DNA from: Terriglobia bacterium
GTDB taxonomy: Bacteria > Acidobacteriota > Polarisedimenticolia > Polarisedimenticolales > JAIQFR01
Length of the DNA stretch: 64,000 nt
Direction of reading: 5' to 3'
Assembly (NCBI GenBank): GCA_963748015.1
Contig: CAVVHE010000004.1
Span: forward strand, 1,440,001-1,504,000
This document shows positions 42,118 to 51,829 of the stretch, piece by piece. The position numbers were made by a program, and so were the translations under genes. The number at the start of each line of letters is the position of its first letter. Within the stretch, counting starts at the first letter, position 1. The notes beneath the pieces were generated by a model. It did not search any database. It saw nothing but the letters and a program-made list of their open reading frames with translations, and was not told where the DNA came from.

Positions 42118-43272
42118 CTACTCGGAAATCGTGATGTTGCCGTTGACCGTCGCGATCTTCACCTTCTTGCCGCCGCCGTTCGCGGCGCCCGCGAGTCGGA
42201 TGTACTTCCGCGGCGAGCCCGAGGCGTAGTCCCAGTCGGGGCTGACGCTCGGCTTCAGGCCGCCGGGGGCCGTGATCCGGAAGTTCTGGCCGCTGTTGCG
42301 GGTGTAGGCGATCTCGAGATCGAGGTCCATGCCGAAGCCCTTCGGAACCCGCAGCGTCATGTCCCCGCCCATCGAGCTCAGGGTCACGTCGCCGCCGCCG
42401 CCGGTCACGGTCACGACGACGTCGCCTCCCATCGTGGTCGCCTCGACCCAGCCGTCCACGGTGGCGATCTCGATGTCGCCGCCCATGGTCTTCGCGCGGA
42501 CGAACCGGCGAGCGTTCTTCACCGAGATGTCCCCCCCCATGGTGTGGAGGTCCGCCCCCTCGGGAGCGTCGTCGATCTCGATCTCGCCCCCCATGGTGGA
42601 GATCTGGACGGTGTCGGGAGCGACCTCGCCCGGTCCCTTTCCGGTGTGGTCGGGGGACGCCGCCCGGCCGTCGCGCAGGCGGACGTTCTTGTAGCGAACC
42701 GCCCCGCCCATCGAGCTCCCCTTCACGTCGCCCACGACGTTCTCGAGCGTGACCTCGCCGCCCATGGTCTTGAGGCGGCCGTCCAGGGTCGAGTCCTTGA
42801 CCTCGATCTCCCCGCCCATCGTGGTGAGCTCCGCCTCCCCCTTGACGTCGTGCAGCGTGATCTCCCCTCCCATCGTCTCGCCGGTGAACTTCCCGTCGAC
42901 GCCCACGATCGCGAGCTCGCCGCCCATGGAATTGATGACCACGTCGAAGGCGCGTGGGACGCGGATCGCGAGATCGATGTCCGCGTGCTGCTTTTTCTTC
43001 CCTTCCTTGAACCGGGTCGAGATCTTCACGCCGCCCTTCGACTCGTCGAAGGCGATGTCGCACTCGGGGTCGCACGACAGCTCGTAGGTCACCGCGACCG
43101 CCGACCCGCCGTCTCCCGTGATCTTGACCGATCCGCCGGCCTTGAGGTCGAGCGTCAGCTGGCCGCCGGCGGCGGCGGGAAACTCCCGCTTGACCGGCCC
43201 GGAGCCGCCCGCGGCGGCCGGGAACATCGCGCAGGCGAGGGTGACGACGGCAACGATCGCGTTCCTGAGCAT
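42118..43272 (-). CDS. Exported DUF4097-like beta-strand repeat protein
   Basis: Signal peptide; ten approximately 18-aa repeats with (T/S)MGG; C-terminal TVNGNITI. Confidence 0.8.
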   Translation of the reverse strand: MLRNAIVAVVTLACAMFPAAAGGSGPVKREFPAAAGGQLTLDLKAGGSVKITGDGGSAVAVTYELSCDPECDIAFDESKGGVKISTRFKEGKKKQHADIDLAIRVPRAFDVVINSMGGELAIVGVDGKFTGETMGGEITLHDVKGEAELTTMGGEIEVKDSTLDGRLKTMGGEVTLENVVGDVKGSSMGGAVRYKNVRLRDGRAASPDHTGKGPGEVAPDTVQISTMGGEIEIDDAPEGADLHTMGGDISVKNARRFVRAKTMGGDIEIATVDGWVEATTMGGDVVVTVTGGGGDVTLSSMGGDMTLRVPKGFGMDLDLEIAYTRNSGQNFRITAPGGLKPSVSPDWDYASGSPRKYIRLAGAANGGGKKVKIATVNGNITISE

Positions 43273-43315
43273 GGTTCACTCCTTCGGCGCGGCGCGCATC
43301 GCCGCGCGCCTCGAA

Positions 43316-44272
43316 TCAAAGTCGTTTCTCGTACTCGGCCAGGCGGACCCGGAGGGCCTCGTCCCCGGGCCGCGGCTTCTCGCGAATCGCCTCCCGGATG
43401 CGGCCGCGATCGACGCTGTGGGCCGCGAGCGCGTCGAGCGCCAGAAGGCGCATCTGGACGGCATCGTCGTCGCGCAGCGCGGCGAGGACGGCGGCCTCGA
43501 CCTCCGAATCGTCCAGCCGGTCGGACAGCGCCGCCAGCGCCCCGAGGCGCACCGCGAGGCTCGGGTCGCGTCGCAGCGCGACGAGCAGCGCCGCCTTCGT
43601 CTTGGGCGTCATGCGGAACGACGTCAGCGACATCGCCTTGAGGCGGGTGCCGGTGCTCGACGGGTCGAGCAGCGCCTGGGCCAGGACGTCCTGGACCAGC
43701 TCGGATCCCAGCCGCTCCACGACCTGCACGTGCGTCGTGAGGTCGAAGTCGAGGGCCACCCTGTCGTCCTCCACGCGGCGGAACGACACGTCGGAGTAGG
43801 TGAACCGCGAGTCGGCGACGTCCGTCAGCACCCGGTTCGAGACGGCGTCGGCGCGGATCGCGGCGACGAGACGCTGCGTGAGCCCGGGGCCGATGTCCGG
43901 GGGGGACGTTCCCGCCGAGTTGAGCCCGGCGACGAGCCCGGCCGTGAAGAGGACCGCCCCCGCGAACGTCGCGGCGGCGGCGTACGGGATCCATCCGAGC
44001 CACCGGCGGGAGGGCGCCCTCGTCCCTTCGATCCGGCCGCCCGGGCGGCGATCGAGGAGGCGCAGGACGCGGGCCTCGGTTTCCTCCAGCTCGGCGGCGT
44101 CCGGCTGCGGGGCCCGGGAGGCGAGAGCCGCCAGGTCGCGGTGCAGCTCCAGGAGCCGGCGGCAGCTCTCGCAGTCGCGGCAGTGCGCGAGCAGCGGGCC
44201 GAGCGCGCGATCGTCCAGCTCGCCGGCTATGTAGGCTTCAAGGGTCGGTTCGAGCTTCTCGCACGCGTTCAT
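43316..44272 (-). CDS. Anti-sigma factor (zf-HC2, TM, HEAT-repeat domain)
   Basis: C..Y..GEL..HCRDCESC zinc motif, TM helix, HEAT repeats DPSLAVRLGAL and DDAVQMRLLAL; ATG 44272 overlaps sigma stop. Confidence 0.85.
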   Translation of the reverse strand: MNACEKLEPTLEAYIAGELDDRALGPLLAHCRDCESCRRLLELHRDLAALASRAPQPDAAELEETEARVLRLLDRRPGGRIEGTRAPSRRWLGWIPYAAAATFAGAVLFTAGLVAGLNSAGTSPPDIGPGLTQRLVAAIRADAVSNRVLTDVADSRFTYSDVSFRRVEDDRVALDFDLTTHVQVVERLGSELVQDVLAQALLDPSSTGTRLKAMSLTSFRMTPKTKAALLVALRRDPSLAVRLGALAALSDRLDDSEVEAAVLAALRDDDAVQMRLLALDALAAHSVDRGRIREAIREKPRPGDEALRVRLAEYEKRL

Positions 44273-44820
44273 GACAGCGACTCCTCGGTCTCGACCAGGA
44301 CGGACTGGAGCTTGCGAAGGCTGCGGAAGAGGATGTTGCGCGCCGTCCCCTCGCTGCACTCGAGCACGGCTCCGATCTCGCGGGCGGACATCCCCTGGAA
44401 GTAGCGCAGGACGACCGCCAGCCGCTGGCGGGGGGAGAGGGCCGACAACGACCGGTGCAGCGCGTCGCGGGCTTCTCGCTCGAGGAGTCTCTCCTCCTGC
44501 GGCGGGTCGGACCGCACGAAGACCGACTCGTCGAGGTCGCAGGTGGGATGGCGCCGCGTCGAGCGGCTCCAGTTCAACCCCTCGTTGGCCGCGATCCTCG
44601 CGATCCAGTTCCGGAGCTCCCCCTCCTCGCGCCATTCGCGGAGCCGGGCGTGGACCTTGAGAAACGTCTCCTGGGCAACGTCCATGGCGCTCTCGCGATC
44701 CCCCGTGAACCCGTGGGCGATGCGGTGGACCAGGCGGCCGTACCGCCGCATCAGCCGCTCGAACGCCACGTTCGAGCCCGCGAGGATCTCGGTCACAAGA
44801 TCGCGGTCGCTGAAGTCCAC
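44269..44820 (-). CDS. ECF RNA polymerase sigma factor
   Basis: AFERLMRRY, DVAQETFLK, WIARIAAN, LSPRQR..LRYFQGMSAREIG..GTAR; GTG start 44820. Confidence 0.92.
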   Translation of the reverse strand: MDFSDRDLVTEILAGSNVAFERLMRRYGRLVHRIAHGFTGDRESAMDVAQETFLKVHARLREWREEGELRNWIARIAANEGLNWSRSTRRHPTCDLDESVFVRSDPPQEERLLEREARDALHRSLSALSPRQRLAVVLRYFQGMSAREIGAVLECSEGTARNILFRSLRKLQSVLVETEESLS

Positions 44821-44840
44821 GGCTCTCTCCGGGTCATAAG

Positions 44841-44864
44841 GACACCGCGGGGGGACGTCCGTTA
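44841..44864 (-). promoter_or_regulatory. Possible ECF-type autoregulatory promoter
   Basis: Minus strand TAAC-17 nt-GTC immediately upstream of the ECF gene; pattern match only. Confidence 0.3.
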
Positions 44865-44893
44865 GCACGACGCGAGCGGGACGGCTGCTTCCG

Positions 44894-46054
44894 CTAGTTT
44901 GCCAGGCCCTCTTCCAGGCGACGCAGGGCCTCGCGGAGGGTCTCCTCGCGCTTGCAGAACGAGAAGCGGACGATGCTGCGCCCGCGCTCGGGCTCGGAGT
45001 AGAACGACGAGCCGGGGACGCAGCCGACTCGGATCTCCTCGACGAGGCGCCGCGCGAACGCGGCGTCGTCCGTGATGCCCAGCCCCTTCGCGTCGGCGAG
45101 GACGTAGTACGCGCCGCGGGGAGCGGCGCAGTCGAAGCCGATGTCCGCGAGCCCGGTCACGAGGAGGTCCCTGCGCGCGCGGTATCCCGCGGCCAGCTCG
45201 ACGTAGTAGTCGTCCGGGAGCGCGAGCGCCGCCGTTCCGGCCTCCTGGAGCGGCGCGGGAGCGGCGACCGTCAGGAAGTCGTGGACCTTGCGGATCCCCG
45301 CCGTCAGCCCCGGGCTCGCGATCGCCCACCCCACCCGCCAACCGGTCACGGAGTAGGTCTTGGAGAGCGCGCCGATCGTGACCGTCCGGTCGGCCATGCC
45401 GGGCAGGGTGGCGATCGGCACGTGCTCGGCCCCGTCGTAGAGGATGTGCTCGTAGATCTCGTCGCTGAATACGACCACGTCCCACTTCCGGCAGAGGTCC
45501 GCGATCGCCGTCAGCTCCTCGCGGGAGAACACCTTCCCGGTGGGATTGTTGGGCGAGTTCAGGACGAGACCGCGCGTCCTCTCGTTGAACGCCAGCGCAA
45601 GCTCGTCGGGGTCGAAGGTCCAGTCCGGCGGCTTCAAGCGCACGAAGCGCGGCGAAGCGCCGGCCAGGATCGCGCCGGGGACGTAGTTCTCGTAGTAGGG
45701 CTCGAACACGACCAGCTCGTCCCCGGGATCGAGGACCGCGAGGATCGAGGCGATCATCGCCTCGGTCGAGCCGCAGGTGACCGTGATCTCCCGCGCGGAG
45801 TCGACCGTCATGCCGTAGCGCCGCTCGTACTTCCCGGCGATGGCCGCGCGCAGCGACGGCGACCCCCAGGTGATCGAGTACTGGTTGAAGTCCTCCGCGA
45901 TCGCGCGGCGCGCGGCTTCCTTGACGGCGTCCGGCGCCGGGAAGTCGGGGTATCCCTGGGCGAGGTTGATCGCGTCGTGGATCCGGCAGAGCCGGGTCAT
46001 CTCCCGGATGACGGACTCGGTGAATCGGCGGACCTTCTGGCTGACGTCGAGCAC
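44894..46054 (-). CDS. Class I/II PLP-dependent aminotransferase
   Basis: INLAQGYPDF, NSPNNPTG, SDEIYE, SKTYSVTGWRVG. Confidence 0.93.
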   Translation of the reverse strand: MLDVSQKVRRFTESVIREMTRLCRIHDAINLAQGYPDFPAPDAVKEAARRAIAEDFNQYSITWGSPSLRAAIAGKYERRYGMTVDSAREITVTCGSTEAMIASILAVLDPGDELVVFEPYYENYVPGAILAGASPRFVRLKPPDWTFDPDELALAFNERTRGLVLNSPNNPTGKVFSREELTAIADLCRKWDVVVFSDEIYEHILYDGAEHVPIATLPGMADRTVTIGALSKTYSVTGWRVGWAIASPGLTAGIRKVHDFLTVAAPAPLQEAGTAALALPDDYYVELAAGYRARRDLLVTGLADIGFDCAAPRGAYYVLADAKGLGITDDAAFARRLVEEIRVGCVPGSSFYSEPERGRSIVRFSFCKREETLREALRRLEEGLAN

Positions 46055-46076
46055 GCTCGGTGTCCCGTCCTGGACG

Positions 46077-46709
46077 CTAATTGTCCGCCCGACGGGCCGC
46101 CGTGCACAAGAGCGCCGCCTGCCGGCCCTCGGACGCGTCGAACCGGCGGATCCTCACGCCGTCGAACCCCGCGCGCCGCAGCCGGTATTGCAGCTCGATC
46201 TCGTGGAACCCGATCAGCTCGGGAGCGGACGGGTCTCCGGCGAGCCGCATGGGGATCATCGCCTCGCCCGCCGGCGTCGCGGGCACGATCGCGGCGAGCA
46301 GCCCGCCGTGGACCAGCGACCCGCGGACCTCGGCGAGGATGCGGTCCACGTCCTCGGGGCGCGGCCCGACGATCGAGTGGACCGCCACCGCCACGTCGAG
46401 CGAGTTGCGGAACGGCGCGAGGTCGCGCAGGTCCCGCCGGCGGAACGTGACGCCCCGCCCGACGGAAACGCGCCGTGCGAGGGCGAGGCTCGCGGGGGCG
46501 TAGTCCACCGCGATCACCTTCCCGAACTCCCGGGCGAGGAACGGGAGCAGCCGGCCCGTGCCGCAGCCGAGATCCGCCACGGTCTTGAGCCGGCGGCGGG
46601 GCACCCGGGCCAGCGCCTCGAGGAGGGACCGTTCGGCCGGAGAGCCGTCCTCCGCGCGGCCGCCGCGCCCCATCGTCCACGCGTCCCATTGCTCGGGTCC
46701 CCAGCGCAT
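46077..46709 (-). CDS. Class I SAM-dependent methyltransferase
   Basis: VADLGCGTG, VIAVD, L..GG motif. Confidence 0.8.
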   Translation of the reverse strand: MRWGPEQWDAWTMGRGGRAEDGSPAERSLLEALARVPRRRLKTVADLGCGTGRLLPFLAREFGKVIAVDYAPASLALARRVSVGRGVTFRRRDLRDLAPFRNSLDVAVAVHSIVGPRPEDVDRILAEVRGSLVHGGLLAAIVPATPAGEAMIPMRLAGDPSAPELIGFHEIELQYRLRRAGFDGVRIRRFDASEGRQAALLCTAARRADN

Positions 46710-46764
46710 TCCGGCCTCCGCCCTCGAATCTAGTTCCCGCCGCGCGGCCGGACCACACGGGGGG

Positions 46765-48018
46765 TCAGCTCAGGAGGTTGGCCAGGAATTCCCGGTTGGT
46801 CGGGTAGCGCGAGAGCCGGTCGGTCAGGAGCTGCATCGCCTCGGCGGCCTTGAGCCCCGCCAGCGCCCGCCTCAGGAGGGTGACCCGAGGCAGCTCCTCG
46901 GCGGTGAACAGCTTCTCCTCTTTCCGCGTGCCGCTCTTCGAGATGTCGATGGCCGGGAAGATCCGGCGGTCGAACAGCCCCCGGTCCATCACGATCTCCG
47001 TGTTTCCGGTCCCCTTGAACTCCTGGAAGATCACCTCGTCCATCCTGGAGCCGGTGTCCACGAGGGCGGTGCCGATCACGGTGAGCGACCCGCCGCCGAC
47101 CACCTTGCGCGCCGCCCCGAAGAACTTCCTCGGCTTCTCCATCGTGCGCGCGTCGATCCCGCCGGAGAGCACGCGCCCCGAGCTGCGCTGCTCGGTGTTG
47201 TAGGCGCGGGAGAGGCGGGTGATCGAGTCCAGGAGGACCACCGCGTCGCGCCCGGCCTCGACGATCTTCTTCGCCCGCTCGATCGCGATCTCGGCGACCT
47301 CGAGATGGGCCTTCGCCAGCTCGTCGGAAGAGGACGCGATCACCTCGCCCCGCACCGAGCGGCGCATGTCCGTGACCTCCTCCGGCCGCTCGTCCACGAG
47401 GAGCACGATCAGGTGGATCTCCGGGTGGTTCACGCTGATCGAGTGAGCCATCTTCTGGAGGAGGACGGTCTTGCCGGCCTTCGGCGGCGCGACGATGAGG
47501 CAGCGCTGCCCCTTCCCGATCGGCGTGACGAGGTCCACCACGCGCGTCGAGAGCTCCGACGGATCGCACTCGAGCCGGATCCTCTCGGTCGGGTCCTCGG
47601 CGACCAGGCTGCGGAAGGGCGTCCGCTTCGCCCACGCCTCGGGAGCGCCGCCGTGGATCGCCCTCACCTCCTGCAGCCAGGGAGACTGCCCGGGCCGCGC
47701 CGACGGCACCGCGAGCCCCACTAGCTCGACCCCCGTCTCGAGCCCGAGGCGCGCGACGATCTCGCGCGGAACGATCGCGTCCTCCGGCTGCGCGTTGAAA
47801 TCGGCGGACGGCGAACGGAGGAAACCGTGCCCCGCGGCAACGACGTGCAGCACGCCGGTCACCTCGAGGCTCGCGATCCCCGGCGGCGGCGCGGCGGGCG
47901 GCCTGGCGTGCTGGGAAGCGGCGGCCGGCGGGCCTCCTCCACCCGGCCGGCGTCCCCGGCGTCTCGACCGCCTTCGCGGGCCCGGACCCGGCCCGTGGCC
48001 TCCTTGTCCATGCAGCAT
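46765..48018 (-). CDS. rho: Transcription termination factor Rho (copy 2, divergent N-terminus)
   Basis: [53 protein letters not shown]; start ATG 48018. Confidence 0.93.
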   Translation of the reverse strand: MLHGQGGHGPGPGPRRRSRRRGRRPGGGGPPAAASQHARPPAAPPPGIASLEVTGVLHVVAAGHGFLRSPSADFNAQPEDAIVPREIVARLGLETGVELVGLAVPSARPGQSPWLQEVRAIHGGAPEAWAKRTPFRSLVAEDPTERIRLECDPSELSTRVVDLVTPIGKGQRCLIVAPPKAGKTVLLQKMAHSISVNHPEIHLIVLLVDERPEEVTDMRRSVRGEVIASSSDELAKAHLEVAEIAIERAKKIVEAGRDAVVLLDSITRLSRAYNTEQRSSGRVLSGGIDARTMEKPRKFFGAARKVVGGGSLTVIGTALVDTGSRMDEVIFQEFKGTGNTEIVMDRGLFDRRIFPAIDISKSGTRKEEKLFTAEELPRVTLLRRALAGLKAAEAMQLLTDRLSRYPTNREFLANLLS

Positions 48019-48041
48019 GTCGTGGGCTCTCCGCTTCCCCG

Positions 48042-48512
48042 TCAGCCGCGAGCTTCGTCCGAGACCGCCTCGACGATCTCCGCGGCGAACAGGATCAGGA
48101 TCTCGGCCGCGAGATCGAGCTCGCGCCCCGCGTCGGTGCGCGCGATCTCGAATCCGCTTTCGGAAGGATGGGCCACGAGGTAGGCCCCCGAAACCTCCCA
48201 TCCCGTCAACTCGAATCGCGTGACGGCCGCTCCGCGCCGCACGACGCGGAACAGCCGGCCATCGGGCGCCAGCAGGTTGCTCGGCGGACCTTCGCGGCCC
48301 GCTTCCCGCGTGGTGCGGGCCGGCCCGCCGCCCTGGGTCCCGCCAAGCAGGAAGCCCCCCGGGTACGCGCCGTCCCTCGTGAGCGTCCAGCTGGGCCCTT
48401 CCGGACCCTGTCGGACCACCCACCCGTCGCCCTCGGGATCCGCGACGAGCGGCACCACGCCGCCACCCGTGTCGATCCGGAAGCCACCTTCCCGCGTCGT
48501 GACGAGTCTCAT
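48042..48512 (-). CDS. Hypothetical protein
   Basis: Plausible composition (MRLVTTREGGFRID...EILILFAAEIV); fills the gap between co-oriented genes; start uncertain. Confidence 0.55.
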   Translation of the reverse strand: MRLVTTREGGFRIDTGGGVVPLVADPEGDGWVVRQGPEGPSWTLTRDGAYPGGFLLGGTQGGGPARTTREAGREGPPSNLLAPDGRLFRVVRRGAAVTRFELTGWEVSGAYLVAHPSESGFEIARTDAGRELDLAAEILILFAAEIVEAVSDEARG

Positions 48513-48640
48513 CGTGGTGGAAGCAACAGCATGGATCTCGCGGGCCGGCTCCGGATGGGCATCGGGCGACGCGCCCCGCCCTCGGGTCGAATCGGAGACC
48601 GGAGTATACACCGACCCCGCGGGCCGGCCGTCTCTAGTGC

Positions 48641-49453
48641 TCACCGCGGCGTCCCGGCGACCGGCTTCGCGGCCGGAGGCTGCGGCCGCTGCCCCGGGAG
48701 AACCGACCCCGCCGGGGCCGCCTCCGCCGGCAGCGCCTCCTCCGGCTCGGCAACGCCGGTCCGGCGCAATTCGCGCAGCGCGGCGGCCGCGGATGCCCGC
48801 ACGAACTCGTTCGCGTCGGAGAGCGCCGCCTTCGCGGGAGCGTACGCATCGCTCGACGACGTCCGCCCCAGAGCCTCGGTGGCGGCGGCCCGAACCTCCC
48901 AGGAATTCTCCGTCGCCGAGAGTCTCGCCAGCGCCTCGACCGCCGGCGCCGGACCGAGGCGCATCACCGCGCCGACCGCCGCGAGCCGGACCTGCGACGA
49001 GGCGTCGTCGAGCGCCCCGGCGATCTCCGCCGCGCTCCCCGCCGCCGCGAGCGTGCCCACCGCCTCGACCGCGCCGCGCCGCGCCCGCCAGTCGGCATCC
49101 CCGAGCGCGACGCGAACGAGAAGCGGCACCGCCTCGGCGTCCCGGAGATCGAGGAGGCAGGCGGCCGCCGTGGCCCGTACCCCGCCGTCGGGATCGCCCA
49201 GCGCGGCGCGGGCCCGCTCCTTCGCGTCGGGTGTCCCGAGCCTCACGAGCGCCGCGAGCGCGCCGGCACGAACCGGCGCGTCCTCGTCGCCGAGGCTCTC
49301 GCGGATGCGGTCCACGTGTTTCGCGGTCGGCTGGCGCTCCCACTCGATGATCCGCGCGACGCGGCTCTCGACCCCCGGGCGGCAAGACCCGGAAAACGCC
49401 ACCGCGAAGACGACTATCCAGACAGACCATCGTCGGCTCGACGTAGTCGTCAT
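48641..49453 (-). CDS. HEAT-repeat lipoprotein
   Basis: Lipobox-like FSGSC, repeated D..VR..A..AL units. Confidence 0.8.
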   Translation of the reverse strand: MTTTSSRRWSVWIVVFAVAFSGSCRPGVESRVARIIEWERQPTAKHVDRIRESLGDEDAPVRAGALAALVRLGTPDAKERARAALGDPDGGVRATAAACLLDLRDAEAVPLLVRVALGDADWRARRGAVEAVGTLAAAGSAAEIAGALDDASSQVRLAAVGAVMRLGPAPAVEALARLSATENSWEVRAAATEALGRTSSSDAYAPAKAALSDANEFVRASAAAALRELRRTGVAEPEEALPAEAAPAGSVLPGQRPQPPAAKPVAGTPR

Positions 49454-49578
49454 ATCAGATTGCCGCATTGCGCATAGTTACGATTGCGATACGAATTCAT
49501 ATGCGAGAAATTTGTTGCATGCGAACAACTCCATGCGTACATCTTTCACTGGAAGAACAAATACGAGGGCAATGACAT

Positions 49579-50088
49579 ATGCCTATCCTAAACTGCGAAG
49601 TCCACTTCAGAAAAGGCCTCGTAGCCCTCTCCGCGGAACGGTACGCCGAGGCCGCGGAACAGTTCAAGCAGGCGATCCTCATCGAGCGGCAGCGCAGCGC
49701 GCCGAGGCCGCAGATGCGGTACGTCTCTTACTACGGGCTCGCGAAGGCGCTCGCAGACGGCGCGACCCCCGACGCGATCCAGGCGTGCGAGCGCGCCGCG
49801 AGGCTCGATTTCTACAACCCCGATCTTCAGCTCAACCTCGGCAAGGTGTACCTCTTGGCCGAGAAGACCACCCGGGCCCTCGTGGCGTTCGAGCGCGGGC
49901 TTCGCCTCGCCCCGAGGCATCCTGCCCTCATCGCCGCGATGGCGAAGGTGGACCGCCGAGGCCGCTCCGTCCTTCCGTTCCTCAAGAGGTCGCATCCGTT
50001 GAATCGCTGGCTCGGCAAGTTGACGCACACGGCGCTGAGCCGGTCACCTCTCGGCACTTCTCGTCGCCGCACGGTTACCCCCTCCTGA
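49579..50088 (+). CDS. TPR protein
   Basis: YAEAAEQFKQAI, NPDLQLNLGKVYL, AFERGLRLAPRH. Confidence 0.75.
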   Translation: MPILNCEVHFRKGLVALSAERYAEAAEQFKQAILIERQRSAPRPQMRYVSYYGLAKALADGATPDAIQACERAARLDFYNPDLQLNLGKVYLLAEKTTRALVAFERGLRLAPRHPALIAAMAKVDRRGRSVLPFLKRSHPLNRWLGKLTHTALSRSPLGTSRRRTVTPS

Positions 50089-50142
50089 TCGCGCGGCGGC
50101 CTCTCTCCTCCCCTTGCGGAGCCGCCCGGAAGCGGCGGCTCC

Positions 50143-50174
50143 CGGGCGGCCGCGGTGGCCGCCCGTTTTTTTTT
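50143..50174 (+). terminator. Intrinsic terminator
   Basis: CGGGCGGCC-gcggt-GGCCGCCCG followed by T9. Confidence 0.85.
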
Positions 50175-50917
50175 CAGGACCGGTCGCGCTGGAGCCTGAA
50201 GGCGATGTAGCGCTGCGAAGCGTCGACCGCGCGCCGGAGCGTCTCGCCCCGCGCGAGGAACGCGGTGAGCGCGATCGCGTGGACCCCGCCGAGGCCGGCC
50301 AACCTGGGCGCCGCGATGCGCGGCGCGTCGAAGACGGCGACGGGTCCCCCGTCGTCCAGCAGGTCGAGCACGCGGCTTCCCGAGGCGGCCCCCGCGACGA
50401 GGACCGACCGGGCCCCCTGCTGGCGGAGCAGGGAAGCGCCGCGCTTGATCGCTTCCAGGTCTCGCCCCCGCTCTCCCGCGAGGAGCGGAAGGTCGCCCGC
50501 GCGCACGAGCAGCACCTCGGCGAGAGGGAACAGCAGCCGGCGCATCGCCTCGAGCGTCGAGTCGTCGAGGATCCGCGTCCCCCCGACGCGCACGACCGGC
50601 GCGACGACGACCGGACCCACGCCGCACTGGCGGATCAAGGTCGCGACCAACTCCACCTGGAGAGCATCGCGCAGGATCCCCGTGCGCGCCGCCCGCGGCC
50701 TCGCGGTCTCCGCGATCGATTCGAACTGCTCGGCGACCAGGGAGAGCGAGAGCCCCTCGAGCGCCCCGACGCCGGACGGGGTCGCGACGAGCACCGAGGT
50801 CACGACCTGCACCGCGCGGCAGTGGAGGTCGGAGAGGGCCGCGGCGTCGGCGGTCACGCCCTCGTCGCCCTGGGTGTCCACGGCATGGATCGTGAGGACG
50901 ACCGGCTCCGCGCTCAC
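50174..50917 (-). CDS. ThiD/HMP-kinase-like protein (degenerate motifs)
   Basis: VLTI..D..G..G..AD, ARTGIL, VVVAPV, AFLARGETL..AV pattern of ThiD; GTG 50917 overlaps upstream stop. Confidence 0.7.
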   Translation of the reverse strand: MSAEPVVLTIHAVDTQGDEGVTADAAALSDLHCRAVQVVTSVLVATPSGVGALEGLSLSLVAEQFESIAETARPRAARTGILRDALQVELVATLIRQCGVGPVVVAPVVRVGGTRILDDSTLEAMRRLLFPLAEVLLVRAGDLPLLAGERGRDLEAIKRGASLLRQQGARSVLVAGAASGSRVLDLLDDGGPVAVFDAPRIAAPRLAGLGGVHAIALTAFLARGETLRRAVDASQRYIAFRLQRDRS

Positions 50918-51174
50918 TGCAACCCTCCCTTGCCCTCCCGCCGGACCTCGCGCCAGAACGCGGCGGCCTCGGCGGCCGCGACGGCGAGATCGAGGAGGCC
51001 GATGCCGCTGACCACGCCCCGCGTGAAGCCGCTCCTCGCCCACAGGGCGGCGCCGGTCGGGAGCAGGAACCGCGTCCCCTCGTCCCAGATCTCGGTCCAG
51101 GGCGCCCACGCGAGGAACACGCCGAGCACGCCGAACACGTAGACCGCGAGGACCGGCCGGATCCGGTCGGTCAA
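50914..51174 (-). CDS. Small hypothetical membrane protein
   Basis: LGVFLAWAPWTEIWD..FTRGVVSGIGLLDL; overlaps both neighbours by 4 nt. Confidence 0.7.
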   Translation of the reverse strand: MTDRIRPVLAVYVFGVLGVFLAWAPWTEIWDEGTRFLLPTGAALWARSGFTRGVVSGIGLLDLAVAAAEAAAFWREVRREGKGGLQ

Positions 51175-51728
51175 GCGCTCTCCGCCCCTTCGAAGATCTC
51201 CGACCGGCGGTAGAGCGGGTAGAAGGGCCAGGGCGAGAGCTTCTCGGTCCCCCCCTCCTCGCGATCCACGAGGCAGACGACGGCGACGACGGTCAGCCCG
51301 GCCTCGAGCGCGGCGTCGATCGCCTTGAGCGTCGAGCCCGCGGTCGTCACCACGTCGTCCACGATGACCACCTTCGAGCCCGCGGCGACCTCTCCCTCGA
51401 TGCGGCGGCCGGTGCCGTGCTCCTTCGCCTCCTTCCGGACGATGAAGGCGCGCATCGGCGGCCCGTCGACGAAGCTGAGCGCGGCCACGGGACAGACGAT
51501 CGGGTCCGCGCCGAGGGTCAGGCCGCCGATCGCGTCGGCCCGGATTCCGTTCTCGCGCAGCGTCCTCAGGATCTCCCGCGCCGCGAGGTAGGCCCCTTCG
51601 GGCAGGAGCGTGGTCTTCTTCGAGTCGAAGTAGTACTTGCTCTTCCGCCCCGAAGCCAGGGTGAAGTCGCCGAACATCAGCGAGTGCTTCTTCAGGAGTT
51701 CCTTGAGCCGTTCGCGGTCCGTCGCCAT
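51171..51728 (-). CDS. pyrE: Orotate phosphoribosyltransferase
   Basis: GDFTLASGRKSKYYFD, VRKEAKEHG, IVDDVVTTAGS; start ATG 51728. Confidence 0.95.
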   Translation of the reverse strand: MATDRERLKELLKKHSLMFGDFTLASGRKSKYYFDSKKTTLLPEGAYLAAREILRTLRENGIRADAIGGLTLGADPIVCPVAALSFVDGPPMRAFIVRKEAKEHGTGRRIEGEVAAGSKVVIVDDVVTTAGSTLKAIDAALEAGLTVVAVVCLVDREEGGTEKLSPWPFYPLYRRSEIFEGAESA

Positions 51729-51829
51729 GCGTGACCTCCCCAATCGCGCGAGCAATATAGCAGGAGCTTGACCTTCCGCGGTCCGGCTCCCATCATTGTC
51801 CGGGGTCCATCTCTCGAGAGGCGTCCACG

